A stretch of 64,000 nt of DNA, taken from a virus. Taxonomy: Duplodnaviria > Caudoviricetes. Position 1 is the stretch's first letter. Each line of letters opens with the position of its first letter. Of this stretch, positions 44,287 through 53,346 are shown one piece after another. Below the pieces are notes generated by a model that had not been told where the DNA came from, did no database searches, and saw nothing but the letters and a program-made list of their open reading frames with translations. A program made the translations under genes and the position numbers. The stretch is taken from the IMG/VR virus record IMGVR_UViG_3300009031_000221, positions 256,001-320,000 of that record. The stretch is one strand, 5' to 3'.

Positions 44287-44516
44287 TCTCGCCAGAAGAA
44301 CTTGCTCGCCTTCGGAAGATCGAACGTGTTGCAAAGGCTACCGTCAAAGCATTGCTGACCAATGAGGACAATGATCCTGATTGGGGGGATCAATGGATGA
44401 CGCTAGACGTAGAAGCCTTATGGAAACTGGTCGCTGTCATCAATCCTGATGCAGCACAACGTAACGAGGATGCCATCAGGGCAATTGAAACTCGTTGTGG
44501 GAGGAAACGCCAATGA
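44283..44516 (+). CDS. Hypothetical protein
   Basis: ATGA-coupled ORF. Confidence 0.55.
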   Translation: MISPEELARLRKIERVAKATVKALLTNEDNDPDWGDQWMTLDVEALWKLVAVINPDAAQRNEDAIRAIETRCGRKRQ

Positions 44517-44740
44517 AACTCATTATCAAAGCACACAAAGGGAAATTCCGTATATGGAATGTCACGCACGGTGGATGGCATAAGGTATTGGGCAAGCCCG
44601 TGGACTACCCAAGCCGCTATAAAGCCCAGTTTTACGTCAATCTATACCACAAAAACAACCCCGATACTGGATCGCAAACCCCTCCAAGTGCGTAATTGAT
44701 CATGCCCAAATAAGGGCTCAACACCATCGGAGTTCTATAC

Positions 44741-46216
44741 ATGTCTTCTCATCTATTTGGCATTCGTGCCACCGTCAAACTTCCAAAAGAAACCCAATGG
44801 GATCTGTTTGTCCCATTCACCCCCCAAATCGCAGTCCTCGAGGCACAACGCGACTCCAATAACCCGAACGAATACGCCAAATATGCCAAATTCGTAAGGG
44901 ATTTGAGGGCGATTGATTCTCTCAAGAACGTCGGATCACTCAACCTGACGGACAAGTTCACGCACCTGAACATCATCTCCGGTTATCCCGGGGACGCACA
45001 AATGGGCGCTATCATGTCATGCTTCGTTCATGATATGCCCTTCCTGAAAGATCACATGGATGATCTGTGGGATCGCCTGGACAAGGAAAAGGCCATGTGC
45101 TTCTTCCTCATCCAGCAAGACACCCGCTCCGCAAAGGACTTCCTCCAGGCTATCCAGGAAGCATCCAAGATGGTCGGCGAAACCAAGGCATGGTTGGTAG
45201 ACACCGATGCCCTGGATGATCGCTACCTCGTGCAAATGGATCATCCTGATGAGGCCTTCCAGAAGAACCTCCCCAAGCAAATTCATCGGTTCCGTAGGAC
45301 GAACAACACCCACTGGACGGTAGATGAACTGGGCGCCTTCAGGGCTTCCCTGGGTAAGGAGCTTCGTGTCCGCCACACGGAGGATCAGGAATCAGCTTTC
45401 GAGGAAAGCTTCCTCCGTATCGCAAAGAATGTCCGCGATCAGGCAACCCCCGGCAACAAGGAGCGCTCCCTGAGCGCTATCCGTGGCCGCATGTACCTCG
45501 ACGCCCGCTCAAGCACTGATCCCGTATTCTTCCGCCTCCTCAATACCGCTACCAGGATGGGCGGGGCAGAAGGTAGGGTGAAGTTCAATATCCTGGATGA
45601 CGTTGAATTCAAGACCCCTGCGGTGTCTTACACCGTAGAGGAACTCCGTCAGGCACACAATATCGAACAGGCTTCCGATAAGGTGACGACCATCGTAAAT
45701 GCCCCTGAACCCGTCATGGCACCCACGACGACTCTCAGTCAGGCTCTGGATGATCTCGCCCCTCAGGTCGTCACCAAGCCCCTCTCCGATTCACCGGCAA
45801 CCCCTGCCGCTATCGCAGCCATCAAGGAAACCCTTCCCACGGTTATCCCTGCAGATCAGGACACCGCAGCTATGGCAGCAGCACGTCAGGCTCTCAGGGA
45901 CTTGGAAGTCAATGAACTCCTCCGGACGGAACTCTCCTCCTTCAAGCATGACCCCTTCATGTACACGAAGAATGGTGGCCTGACCATCCAGGGTAAACGG
46001 GTATTCCTCCTGCCCGTCAATGACCCCCTCTGGGATGTCGTCCTCGCCGAAATCGTGACCCTTATCGCACACGTGCGGGATCTTATCGCGACACAGGAAG
46101 AAACCAAGGCACTGGCCAAGGCGGAAATCGAGCGCAAGCAGCACGCTATCAAGGCCAACTCCTTGGGTAATCGTATCCTTGAACTCCTCTCCGGTCTCCT
46201 CCCCAAGAAGATCTAA
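44741..46216 (+). CDS. Hypothetical protein (491 aa, Pro/Ala-rich linker, coiled-coil tail)
   Basis: Long ORF with GGAG RBS; C-rich codons. Confidence 0.8.
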   Translation: MSSHLFGIRATVKLPKETQWDLFVPFTPQIAVLEAQRDSNNPNEYAKYAKFVRDLRAIDSLKNVGSLNLTDKFTHLNIISGYPGDAQMGAIMSCFVHDMPFLKDHMDDLWDRLDKEKAMCFFLIQQDTRSAKDFLQAIQEASKMVGETKAWLVDTDALDDRYLVQMDHPDEAFQKNLPKQIHRFRRTNNTHWTVDELGAFRASLGKELRVRHTEDQESAFEESFLRIAKNVRDQATPGNKERSLSAIRGRMYLDARSSTDPVFFRLLNTATRMGGAEGRVKFNILDDVEFKTPAVSYTVEELRQAHNIEQASDKVTTIVNAPEPVMAPTTTLSQALDDLAPQVVTKPLSDSPATPAAIAAIKETLPTVIPADQDTAAMAAARQALRDLEVNELLRTELSSFKHDPFMYTKNGGLTIQGKRVFLLPVNDPLWDVVLAEIVTLIAHVRDLIATQEETKALAKAEIERKQHAIKANSLGNRILELLSGLLPKKI

Positions 46217-46217
46217 C

Positions 46218-46442
46218 ATGAAGTACTCGACCCTGTACATGGCGAAGTCTATGGGTGACATGACATTCACCCCTGAAGCCCTGGAATTCGCCAAAGAGGA
46301 TCTCCTCAAGAAGGGTGCCATCACCGTCACCTTGCCCAACGGGACTAAACAAACCGTATCCCTTGGGCAAGGTGACGTGCGTATCACGGATCAAGGCTTG
46401 GAACTCACCCTTGAAGTCCCTACTTCATTAAATCCGTTATAG
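46218..46442 (+). CDS. Hypothetical protein
   Basis: Directly after previous stop. Confidence 0.55.
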   Translation: MKYSTLYMAKSMGDMTFTPEALEFAKEDLLKKGAITVTLPNGTKQTVSLGQGDVRITDQGLELTLEVPTSLNPL

Positions 46443-46468
46443 GGCCTATAAAACCACCCTGAGCGGGG

Positions 46469-46966
46469 GTGGTTTCCATGATTCCAGGACAACTAAATCA
46501 AGCACAGAAGGGCGGTGGTTGGGCAGACTATAATGATGGTCCCCCACAAGCCATCATTGCGGATGTATGGACCCCATTGGTAAACAATGGGCTTGGACCA
46601 TTGACACAATTAGCATTCATGCCAAAGGGGGTCACTCAGTTGTGGGACACTGGCACGAATATGCTGGATTTATCCGGTTTGCGGGTTGGGGACATCATCC
46701 GACTCCGAACCGACTTGGTGGTCACCCCCACCGTGAACAACTCCTATTTCCATACTCGAGTATGGTTCCTAGGTGACGGAGGTTGGTCCTTGGAAAAACG
46801 AAATGCTCGTTTGGATAGCGGCGCGGGCATTGGTTACTCGATGATTGAAGACCTGCGGTTTTACATCGGATCTGAAAGTACCCGAACTTCAGGGGCACGT
46901 ATTGATGTAAGTTGTGGTTCTGATGCAAGTATTCAAGTCAATGGTTTCTTCATTTCCCTGGGTTGA
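46469..46966 (+). CDS. Putative virion beta-sandwich protein
   Basis: Gly/aromatic beta-rich composition; next to Ig/LamG genes. Confidence 0.55.
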   Translation: MVSMIPGQLNQAQKGGGWADYNDGPPQAIIADVWTPLVNNGLGPLTQLAFMPKGVTQLWDTGTNMLDLSGLRVGDIIRLRTDLVVTPTVNNSYFHTRVWFLGDGGWSLEKRNARLDSGAGIGYSMIEDLRFYIGSESTRTSGARIDVSCGSDASIQVNGFFISLG

Positions 46967-46975
46967 GGTGTCGTC

Positions 46976-47545
46976 ATGGCAATTCGCATCTACTATGATC
47001 CACTCAGTGGGCACGTTGTGTTTTACCCATCAAATGTAGACCCCAAGCCTACGTTCTGTTTGCATGCCTACGGTAATGACGACGGGTTGACGATTGATAT
47101 CCTAGCAACATATACAATAACCCGATTGGAAGTCGCCAATTATCCATGGACAGAAATCCAAGACATCAATGGGGATCCTGCGGGGGTCACCATAAATGAT
47201 GTCGTGAACTATTTGAATTCCCAATTCGAGGCATCAGGTGGTGGGGCAATTCCGGTCATTACATCCCCTTTGACCTCCAATGTGGTTGAGGGCCTGGCAT
47301 ATATCTACGCCATTGAGGCCGATAATTCCCCATCTTTGTATTTGGCTTCAGGGCTTCCGGAAGGATTGGTATGCAACCCCGTAACAGGCATCATATCAGG
47401 CGTAACCTCCGCGCTAGGCCCCCATGCCATATTGATTTCAGCCATCAATGCCTACGGTGGAGATACGGAAACGTTGAAGTTTCAGGCGGCTATCACAATA
47501 CATACTCAATCAAATTCCGCGACCATATCTACCAGCACCACCTGA
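46976..47545 (+). CDS. Protein with putative Ig (He_PIG-type) domain; probable N-terminal half of a frameshifted gene
   Basis: YAIEA.NSP..Y.ASGLP.GL..NP.TGIISG. Confidence 0.7.
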   Translation: MAIRIYYDPLSGHVVFYPSNVDPKPTFCLHAYGNDDGLTIDILATYTITRLEVANYPWTEIQDINGDPAGVTINDVVNYLNSQFEASGGGAIPVITSPLTSNVVEGLAYIYAIEADNSPSLYLASGLPEGLVCNPVTGIISGVTSALGPHAILISAINAYGGDTETLKFQAAITIHTQSNSATISTSTT

Positions 47546-48192
47546 CAGTCGATACGGATGCTGCCATCAACGATGGTTCCAACGATCCGTGGTCAATTTC
47601 TGCATGGGTCTACATGCGAAACATCAATACATTCATGGATCTGTTTTCACAAGGACTCATCACAGGTCAATATCGACACATTTACATGGACAATACAGGT
47701 CATGTAATCCTAAAGTTCTACCGTACCGGAACCCTGAGAACCTACCGGTCGGATACGGCATTGACGGCAGACACATGGATGCATATATCCGTGGTCTATG
47801 CCGCGGCTCCTTCATGTGCAATCTACTTCAATGGGGTAGCTCAAGCAGTTACCCTAGTGGATAACACCTTGGTAGCGGAATCCAAAGGTACAACCAATAT
47901 GCGAATCGGCCGTGGCACCGGGGCGGTTACGGATGCCTATTGGATGGACGGTTTTTTGGATGAATGGGTTTATTGGAACATCGCCCTGTCCGCAGGACAG
48001 GTAACCACCATATACAATGGTGGTGTTACACACGACCTGTCCCTGCTTGCTTTCGCGGCAAATATGGTTCAATGGCTATTGATGGGTGATGGCGACTCAT
48101 ACCCAACGTTGAATGACAATTCTATTGGAAACGGACACCCCGCAACCATGATCAACATGACAGCTCTGAATATTGTCAGCTTCACACCCTAG
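47371..48192 (+). CDS. LamG/concanavalin-like domain; probable C-terminal half of the same gene
   Basis: WSISAWV, WMHISVVY, IYFNGV, IGRG, MDG.LDE...WN.ALS..QV..IYN.G; first ~33 aa look off-frame. Confidence 0.75.
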   Translation: MQPRNRHHIRRNLRARPPCHIDFSHQCLRWRYGNVEVSGGYHNTYSIKFRDHIYQHHLTVDTDAAINDGSNDPWSISAWVYMRNINTFMDLFSQGLITGQYRHIYMDNTGHVILKFYRTGTLRTYRSDTALTADTWMHISVVYAAAPSCAIYFNGVAQAVTLVDNTLVAESKGTTNMRIGRGTGAVTDAYWMDGFLDEWVYWNIALSAGQVTTIYNGGVTHDLSLLAFAANMVQWLLMGDGDSYPTLNDNSIGNGHPATMINMTALNIVSFTP

Positions 48193-48448
48193 ATAAATAC
48201 CTAGCAGCAACCCGACGGTAATCCAAATTCAACCTAGTCCCTCCATAGGGACTAGGCTCCTCCCGTATCGGTACACGCTTCAACGTTCGCATATTGCCCC
48301 AGGACGCCTGCGCCTCATCTGACTGCAGCCCACTCGCATACAACGGCAATCCCTTGCTACGGGCCAACCACCGTGCCCCAAACAAGTACAACGCTCGCCC
48401 TATCCCCTGCCGCCTCATCTGATATACCGGACCCGTTGACTTATCCAT
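48182..48448 (-). pseudogene. N-terminally truncated GNAT-like fragment
   Basis: RRQGIGRALY motif A near the start, S..QSDEA.A.W; in-frame TAG three codons upstream. Confidence 0.45.
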
Positions 48449-48457
48449 TCCACCCTA

Positions 48458-48700
48458 TTCAAAATCGACCCCCAAAAAAATACCCCCAGCGGTACCAGGC
48501 AGATATTGATTTCACGTTCCCTTTTGAAATCGACCCCTATATCCCTCCAGAAATCTGACCCGCCCTTTCACCATAGACGTAGGACACAATAGGAATAAGC
48601 CCCTACCTATCTAGCTATCCCCCCAGAGAACGAACCCCTAGCTAACACCCGCCCGTCAGGGCATTGTAGATGTGGGTTTCAAGACCGTTTCAAAATCGAC
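48458..48700. repeat. Non-coding C-rich region with dispersed AAATCGAC repeats
   Basis: TTCAAAATCGAC at 48458 and 48689, GAAATCGACCC at 48526, GAAATCTGACCC at 48550. Confidence 0.6.
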
Positions 48701-48777
48701 TTCCTCAAAATAGGTACGGATTCAATACGGCCTTTTTGGCAAGGTACCATCCCCCGAATAGTTTACTATCCGGTATT

Positions 48778-49746
48778 TCAATATGACGTGGTGGTCGGGG
48801 AGATGCCATAATACAGAATCTGTTGCTTGACAAGACCTTCATAGACACCAAATCGATTTGCTATAATGGGTATTGGTACCCCTTGATCAATTAATACTTG
48901 AATTATTTCTTTTGGCAAACTGAGTTTGGGCCTGCGTCCTGTATATGTACTTGTGACCAAGTGATGGAGGTCTGCATCAGGCCATGTCCGCTGCCTACCT
49001 TTGGTATTACCAAGGGTGGATAGCGCTGTATGGATAAACCCTATAGGGACCTTCATACCCAGGGCTATATGCTTAGGGGTGCTGCCTGCATCGGTCAGTT
49101 GTCGTACTAGTGCTAGGTCAATCATGCTATTGACTGCATCCATGTCACGACAAAGAAACCCTGCCGCTAACTTATAGCGTAGGGTATCCAGGATATAAGG
49201 CTTGATGATATCGAGGAAGGCACGTGCTTGGACTTCTCCTCGAACCACGATACGTGATGAAGTCCCAACCTCAGCCATCGCTTGAATGCCGAAGTGTGCA
49301 AGGATGGCAAGGGCTACGTCATGACTACGTTCATGACATGAGAACGAGGGCCAGTGTTGGTGCATGCCGTCATCCATATACCACACTGCTAGGGCTAAGG
49401 GTGTCATCATAGGTATGACAGACTCATGGAACTTCTTACGGAGCTTGCCGTCACATGATGGCGTAGAATTGGCATAGAACATTTCCCACCAAGGAAGCAA
49501 TTCATCGTATTTCCGTACACGGAAGCCTACAGCCCCTTGATGAGTAGCCTTCTTTGGGGGTACCTCTGTTAATGTTCCTGCATAATCGCCCCAGTATGCC
49601 ATCTTCCACAGGACATATTCCAACTGCCCCTTGGCATGGAATTCACTATAGGACGCACCTGTGGCGCCACGGCCTAGGGATCCATCCCCAAGCATGGATC
49701 CCAGTAATATTGATTGTAGTGGTTCGGTCAAAACGAGATTTTTCAT
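48778..49746 (-). CDS. Free-standing LAGLIDADG homing endonuclease with C-terminal HTH-like region
   Basis: ILLGSMLGDGSL and LAVWYMDDG. Confidence 0.88.
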   Translation of the reverse strand: MKNLVLTEPLQSILLGSMLGDGSLGRGATGASYSEFHAKGQLEYVLWKMAYWGDYAGTLTEVPPKKATHQGAVGFRVRKYDELLPWWEMFYANSTPSCDGKLRKKFHESVIPMMTPLALAVWYMDDGMHQHWPSFSCHERSHDVALAILAHFGIQAMAEVGTSSRIVVRGEVQARAFLDIIKPYILDTLRYKLAAGFLCRDMDAVNSMIDLALVRQLTDAGSTPKHIALGMKVPIGFIHTALSTLGNTKGRQRTWPDADLHHLVTSTYTGRRPKLSLPKEIIQVLIDQGVPIPIIANRFGVYEGLVKQQILYYGISPTTTSY

Positions 49747-49954
49747 ACCATCAGGATACGCCTAATCACATCATTAGTCAAGATGAGATAATAAACTATG
49801 TGCCGATTACCAAGACGTTGATGCTCTATAGGGGTCAAAACCTAACCCATTTGGTATACCAAATGCCCCAGATAAATAACTCCGCCCTAATAGTATTAGG
49901 GGGTTAGTCTATTTCGAGTATTCGAGGTAGGTTTTGGCCCCTAAGGGAGCATCA

Positions 49955-49984
49955 ATATATTCGGCCCAGATATATTCGGCCCAG
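49955..49984. repeat. 15-bp tandem repeat x2
   Basis: ATATATTCGGCCCAG twice; CCCAGATAAA also at 49867. Confidence 0.75.
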
Positions 49985-49989
49985 ATAAA

Positions 49990-50916
49990 CTAGGACATGA
50001 AGGGGCTGAGTGTCCAGTTGCCGATAGTCTGGCGTAGGAACACTAGGGCACGGGATACAGTGGCCTTGCTGATGCTGAGGGACTGAGCTATCTCACCCCT
50101 CTCATATCCCTCAATGACCATAGGTAGGATACGTAGGGCCGTGGCCTCGAGTGCTTGGTCCTTCTTTGTAGTACTCTGTTCCTTGATGTACGTAATGAAA
50201 TCCCGCATCAGGATAGGGTCATGTACCTGTACACTAGAACCACCACCATTGAACTGCGTCTTGCCACAGGCATCTGCTACGTCCATCGACACAGCCTGCC
50301 CATCCTCATAGCCAATGATCCCTATCTGCTCAACAGACCTCTGCCTTGATACCTTGCGATGGTAATTCGACAGGATGCATCCTGCTACCATGTGGACGTA
50401 GTGCCCAAAGCTAGACTTCGCAGGATCCCACGCACACGTGCCACTGTTGCGTACCAGGAGCCCCTTATAGACCTCCTGCAATACATCCTCAGGCTCATAC
50501 CCCATCGCATAGATACGCCTGCCATACCCCGCAAATAACAACTTCGCTACCTCATGCCCTCTTCTCTGCAAATCTATCCCCTGACTCGGACTCTTGGCCC
50601 TAGGGGTATTTGGGGCTACCGTATTTGGGGCTACCGTAATTGATGTAGGCGATAGAGGCCCTGTAGCAAACATATCCAATATGGGAAACCCAGTAGTTAA
50701 TTGATTTTCGTATTTCCCCTGCCGGAAATACCTGTCCCATGTCCAATGCCTAGCCTCAGGATGTCCTGTCAATCCAATGAGTAACTGCCGTTTAGTGGGG
50801 AATACTTTTCCCTGAGCCTTGTATTTCCCATCAGGCAATAGGGCAATGGGAATGGCACCATCCTCATATCTGCTATAAATGGTAGATACCAAGCCAGTAT
50901 CAGCAACGGTTAACAT
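49990..50916 (-). CDS. ECF-like sigma-70 factor with N-terminal extension
   Basis: Region 2: EDVLQEVY..L...WDP.KSSF.HYV..VA...L.NY.RK; region 4: EGY...EIAQSL.ISKATV.RAL. Confidence 0.75.
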   Translation of the reverse strand: MLTVADTGLVSTIYSRYEDGAIPIALLPDGKYKAQGKVFPTKRQLLIGLTGHPEARHWTWDRYFRQGKYENQLTTGFPILDMFATGPLSPTSITVAPNTVAPNTPRAKSPSQGIDLQRRGHEVAKLLFAGYGRRIYAMGYEPEDVLQEVYKGLLVRNSGTCAWDPAKSSFGHYVHMVAGCILSNYHRKVSRQRSVEQIGIIGYEDGQAVSMDVADACGKTQFNGGGSSVQVHDPILMRDFITYIKEQSTTKKDQALEATALRILPMVIEGYERGEIAQSLSISKATVSRALVFLRQTIGNWTLSPFMS

Positions 50917-51195
50917 AGGTAGGCCCCCATAGACAATTTCCAGATTCTGTTGTTCGCGACTAGTTTCATTTTGTGTGGGGGTTTATTTGGCGCCCCGACA
51001 TATCCTTGGACCATCTCGCGGAACCCTGTGATTTGACAAGAACAGGGTTCAGGCGTGTCTGGTGGAAGTAGTACACTACTCGGAGAAGTAAGTCAAGGAA
51101 AGGGATGGAAAGGGGGTAAGAAGGGGGATATTTGTCTGGGTGATTTCTGGACGTAGTCTGTATAGGTGTTGTAGGGGGTAATGTGATATGACCCT

Positions 51196-51669
51196 ATGGT
51201 GTCTAATACCCAAACTGGAGGCGAAACGAGGATGGCGGCATATACGGATAGAGTGACGGTGATACGGGAGTTCAATACTCTGGGAGATTTGATGTGGCAG
51301 TTTCGCACGTGTGCCTGTGCGAAGCATCTCCTGGGCTACAATTCGAAGAAGTCGTGGTATTGCGGTACTTGCAAGATAGTTTTGGACCCGCCGGCGACGT
51401 GGTGGCCTGGGTTTATCTGGGACCATGTAGAGGGATGGTTTGGGGGAGACGTGGGGACGTGTTGTAAACGTGGTCATCCTTACGCAGAGCATACGTTGGC
51501 AGAGATCGCGGCGACGTATGACCCTCCTAGGGATCCTGACGAGTTGTTTAAGGCCTTGTTGGGATCTGGGGGTCACAAGGATTTGTTTCGGGTGATGACC
51601 GGGCTTTATCCTGTGGAGTTTGACGAGGACGGCAACGTAGAAGTACTTGAGGAGAAGGGCGATGAGTAA
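51196..51669 (+). CDS. Hypothetical protein (Cys motifs)
   Basis: G/T-rich codon usage; start may be 51229. Confidence 0.6.
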   Translation: MVSNTQTGGETRMAAYTDRVTVIREFNTLGDLMWQFRTCACAKHLLGYNSKKSWYCGTCKIVLDPPATWWPGFIWDHVEGWFGGDVGTCCKRGHPYAEHTLAEIAATYDPPRDPDELFKALLGSGGHKDLFRVMTGLYPVEFDEDGNVEVLEEKGDE

Positions 51670-52240
51670 TTGGTGGTTGACTTGGTATTTGACGTCTGAT
51701 TTCCTACCGAAGGCGGATAGGGTAGTCTTGGGGTGGTATCCGGATTGTGATTGGAGGCCTGGGGTTGTCTATGCGGTGTGCAGGGTCGAGTTTGACGGGC
51801 GTTCGGATGAGTGGCAGTCCGTGAATTTGAACATCAACATGCGGGACATAAAGAATCCGACTGGGGCTCCTTTGTATTGGCAGGAGTTGCCTACGGGGCC
51901 TGGGGGAGAGGATCCGTATGCGTCATGGGACCAGCAAACGGCTCATTATGAGATGCGGGTAAGCAAGCAGAAGTACGAGAGTGACCTTGTAGCGGCGATT
52001 ATGGGTAGCGATGGGGTAGAGAAGCGGGATTTCCGTATACAGCAAGTATGCCCAATGGAGTATCAGGGCATCGATACGGTGTGTTTGTCGTTTCACGATT
52101 ACACGGATCTACGGAAGTATCGTCGGGATTGTTTGCATGATGTAAATGACAATGAGGGGGATCGGGGCAAGTTGTTTGAAACGTCTGTATTGGTATCAGG
52201 GCAGGTACCATCAGGGACGATGTGGTGCGTCTTGAAGTGA
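51662..52240 (+). CDS. Hypothetical protein, tandem paralogue A
   Basis: VLGWYP, APLYW..LP.GP.GED.YA, GVEKR.F shared with next ORF. Confidence 0.75.
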   Translation: MSNWWLTWYLTSDFLPKADRVVLGWYPDCDWRPGVVYAVCRVEFDGRSDEWQSVNLNINMRDIKNPTGAPLYWQELPTGPGGEDPYASWDQQTAHYEMRVSKQKYESDLVAAIMGSDGVEKRDFRIQQVCPMEYQGIDTVCLSFHDYTDLRKYRRDCLHDVNDNEGDRGKLFETSVLVSGQVPSGTMWCVLK

Positions 52241-52252
52241 AGGAGAAGGGCG

Positions 52253-53011
52253 ATGAGTAACCTTGACAACAATAGTGACAAGTGGATTTCGGTATTGGAG
52301 ACGTTGCCTATAGACTGGCGATTTGTGTTGGGTTGGTATCCATCGGAGGATCCGAACGGGATCAACACGGTGTTTCGTTCTGAGGGGCGTTGGTGGGGAA
52401 TCAACCTGTGCAATTCGAGGTTTGGCAATGGTGATTGTGCTGCTCCTTTGTATTGGCGATATTTGCCGTCTGGGCCTAATGGGGAGGATGTCTATGCGCC
52501 GCACCCTGCGATAGCGGAGAGGGCAACGGCCTGGATCAAGGCGGAGGCGCTTGTGGCAGCGATTGTGAAGGCTGAGGGCGACGGAGTCGGGGTAGAGAAG
52601 CGAGAGTTTGGTAGTGTCCTGTCTCCTGATACCGATTGGAAGGAGATTGAAACGATATGTTTGTCCTTACCTGATTACTTGCATATTCGGCGTAACCATT
52701 TCGTGTCATTGACGGGTGTAAATGACACGAAGAGTGAACGTGGGGAGTTGTTTGGTGCGAATGACGGGGCATCCGGTACGCCTGGACAGATCCCGTGCCC
52801 AATCAGATGCCATTTGACGGCCTTCATCTACCGTCAGTCCCTGGGGCATGGCCAGTTCGATCATGTCCATGATGATCAGGACGTTCCCATCGTACATTTG
52901 CAGGTTTTGGATCCTCTGATCAACCACGAGGTCGAAGATCGGGCCATAGAATGTCTGCATGACCTGAATGCGAGGATCGTAATCCCGGCTGAATACCAGA
53001 TTGGCAACTGA
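52253..53011 (+). CDS. Tandem paralogue B; homology ends near 52750, then reads antisense to next gene
   Basis: Matches paralogue A to ERGELF, then diverges. Confidence 0.65.
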   Translation: MSNLDNNSDKWISVLETLPIDWRFVLGWYPSEDPNGINTVFRSEGRWWGINLCNSRFGNGDCAAPLYWRYLPSGPNGEDVYAPHPAIAERATAWIKAEALVAAIVKAEGDGVGVEKREFGSVLSPDTDWKEIETICLSLPDYLHIRRNHFVSLTGVNDTKSERGELFGANDGASGTPGQIPCPIRCHLTAFIYRQSLGHGQFDHVHDDQDVPIVHLQVLDPLINHEVEDRAIECLHDLNARIVIPAEYQIGN

Positions 53012-53317
53012 CCGCTCAGGGTCAAGGAACAGAACTCGGTTGTTTGGATCCTTGTCAATCCACCCCTTGGCGATTGCACGAAGAACTGTCGTTTTCCCCG
53101 TGTTCGCCTCGCCTGCGATAACATGGTCATTGGCGAAGGTACATTCATTTATCAGGCTACGGCCACCATCACCGTAAATGACGCCGAAGTTCATCGCCTT
53201 GGCCATTTGCCGATTCCGCTTCGGGTCAACCTTGGCCTCAACGGCACGGGGCAGGAAAGGCACAGCCATTGCGGCCAGGGCAGTGGCGAGGAAGTTACGG
53301 CGTGTCGGGTTCGTCAT
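52706..53317 (-). CDS. Chimera: Tat-like signal + PolA motif-B peptide + RecA/DnaB-like ATPase
   Basis: TRRNFL..., RQMAKAMNFGVIYG, GEANTGKT, LIIMD, GCPVI..QL. Confidence 0.7.
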   Translation of the reverse strand: MTNPTRRNFLATALAAMAVPFLPRAVEAKVDPKRNRQMAKAMNFGVIYGDGGRSLINECTFANDHVIAGEANTGKTTVLRAIAKGWIDKDPNNRVLFLDPERSVANLVFSRDYDPRIQVMQTFYGPIFDLVVDQRIQNLQMYDGNVLIIMDMIELAMPQGLTVDEGRQMASDWARDLSRRTGCPVIRTKQLPTFTLRVIYTRQ

Positions 53318-53346
53318 GGGGAGTCCTTGTATGTAGATCGATCTAT

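Noticed and set aside
48441-48449. DnaA box (TTATCCATT)
   Set aside because: A single imperfect match that overlaps the GNAT-fragment start, so chance level.
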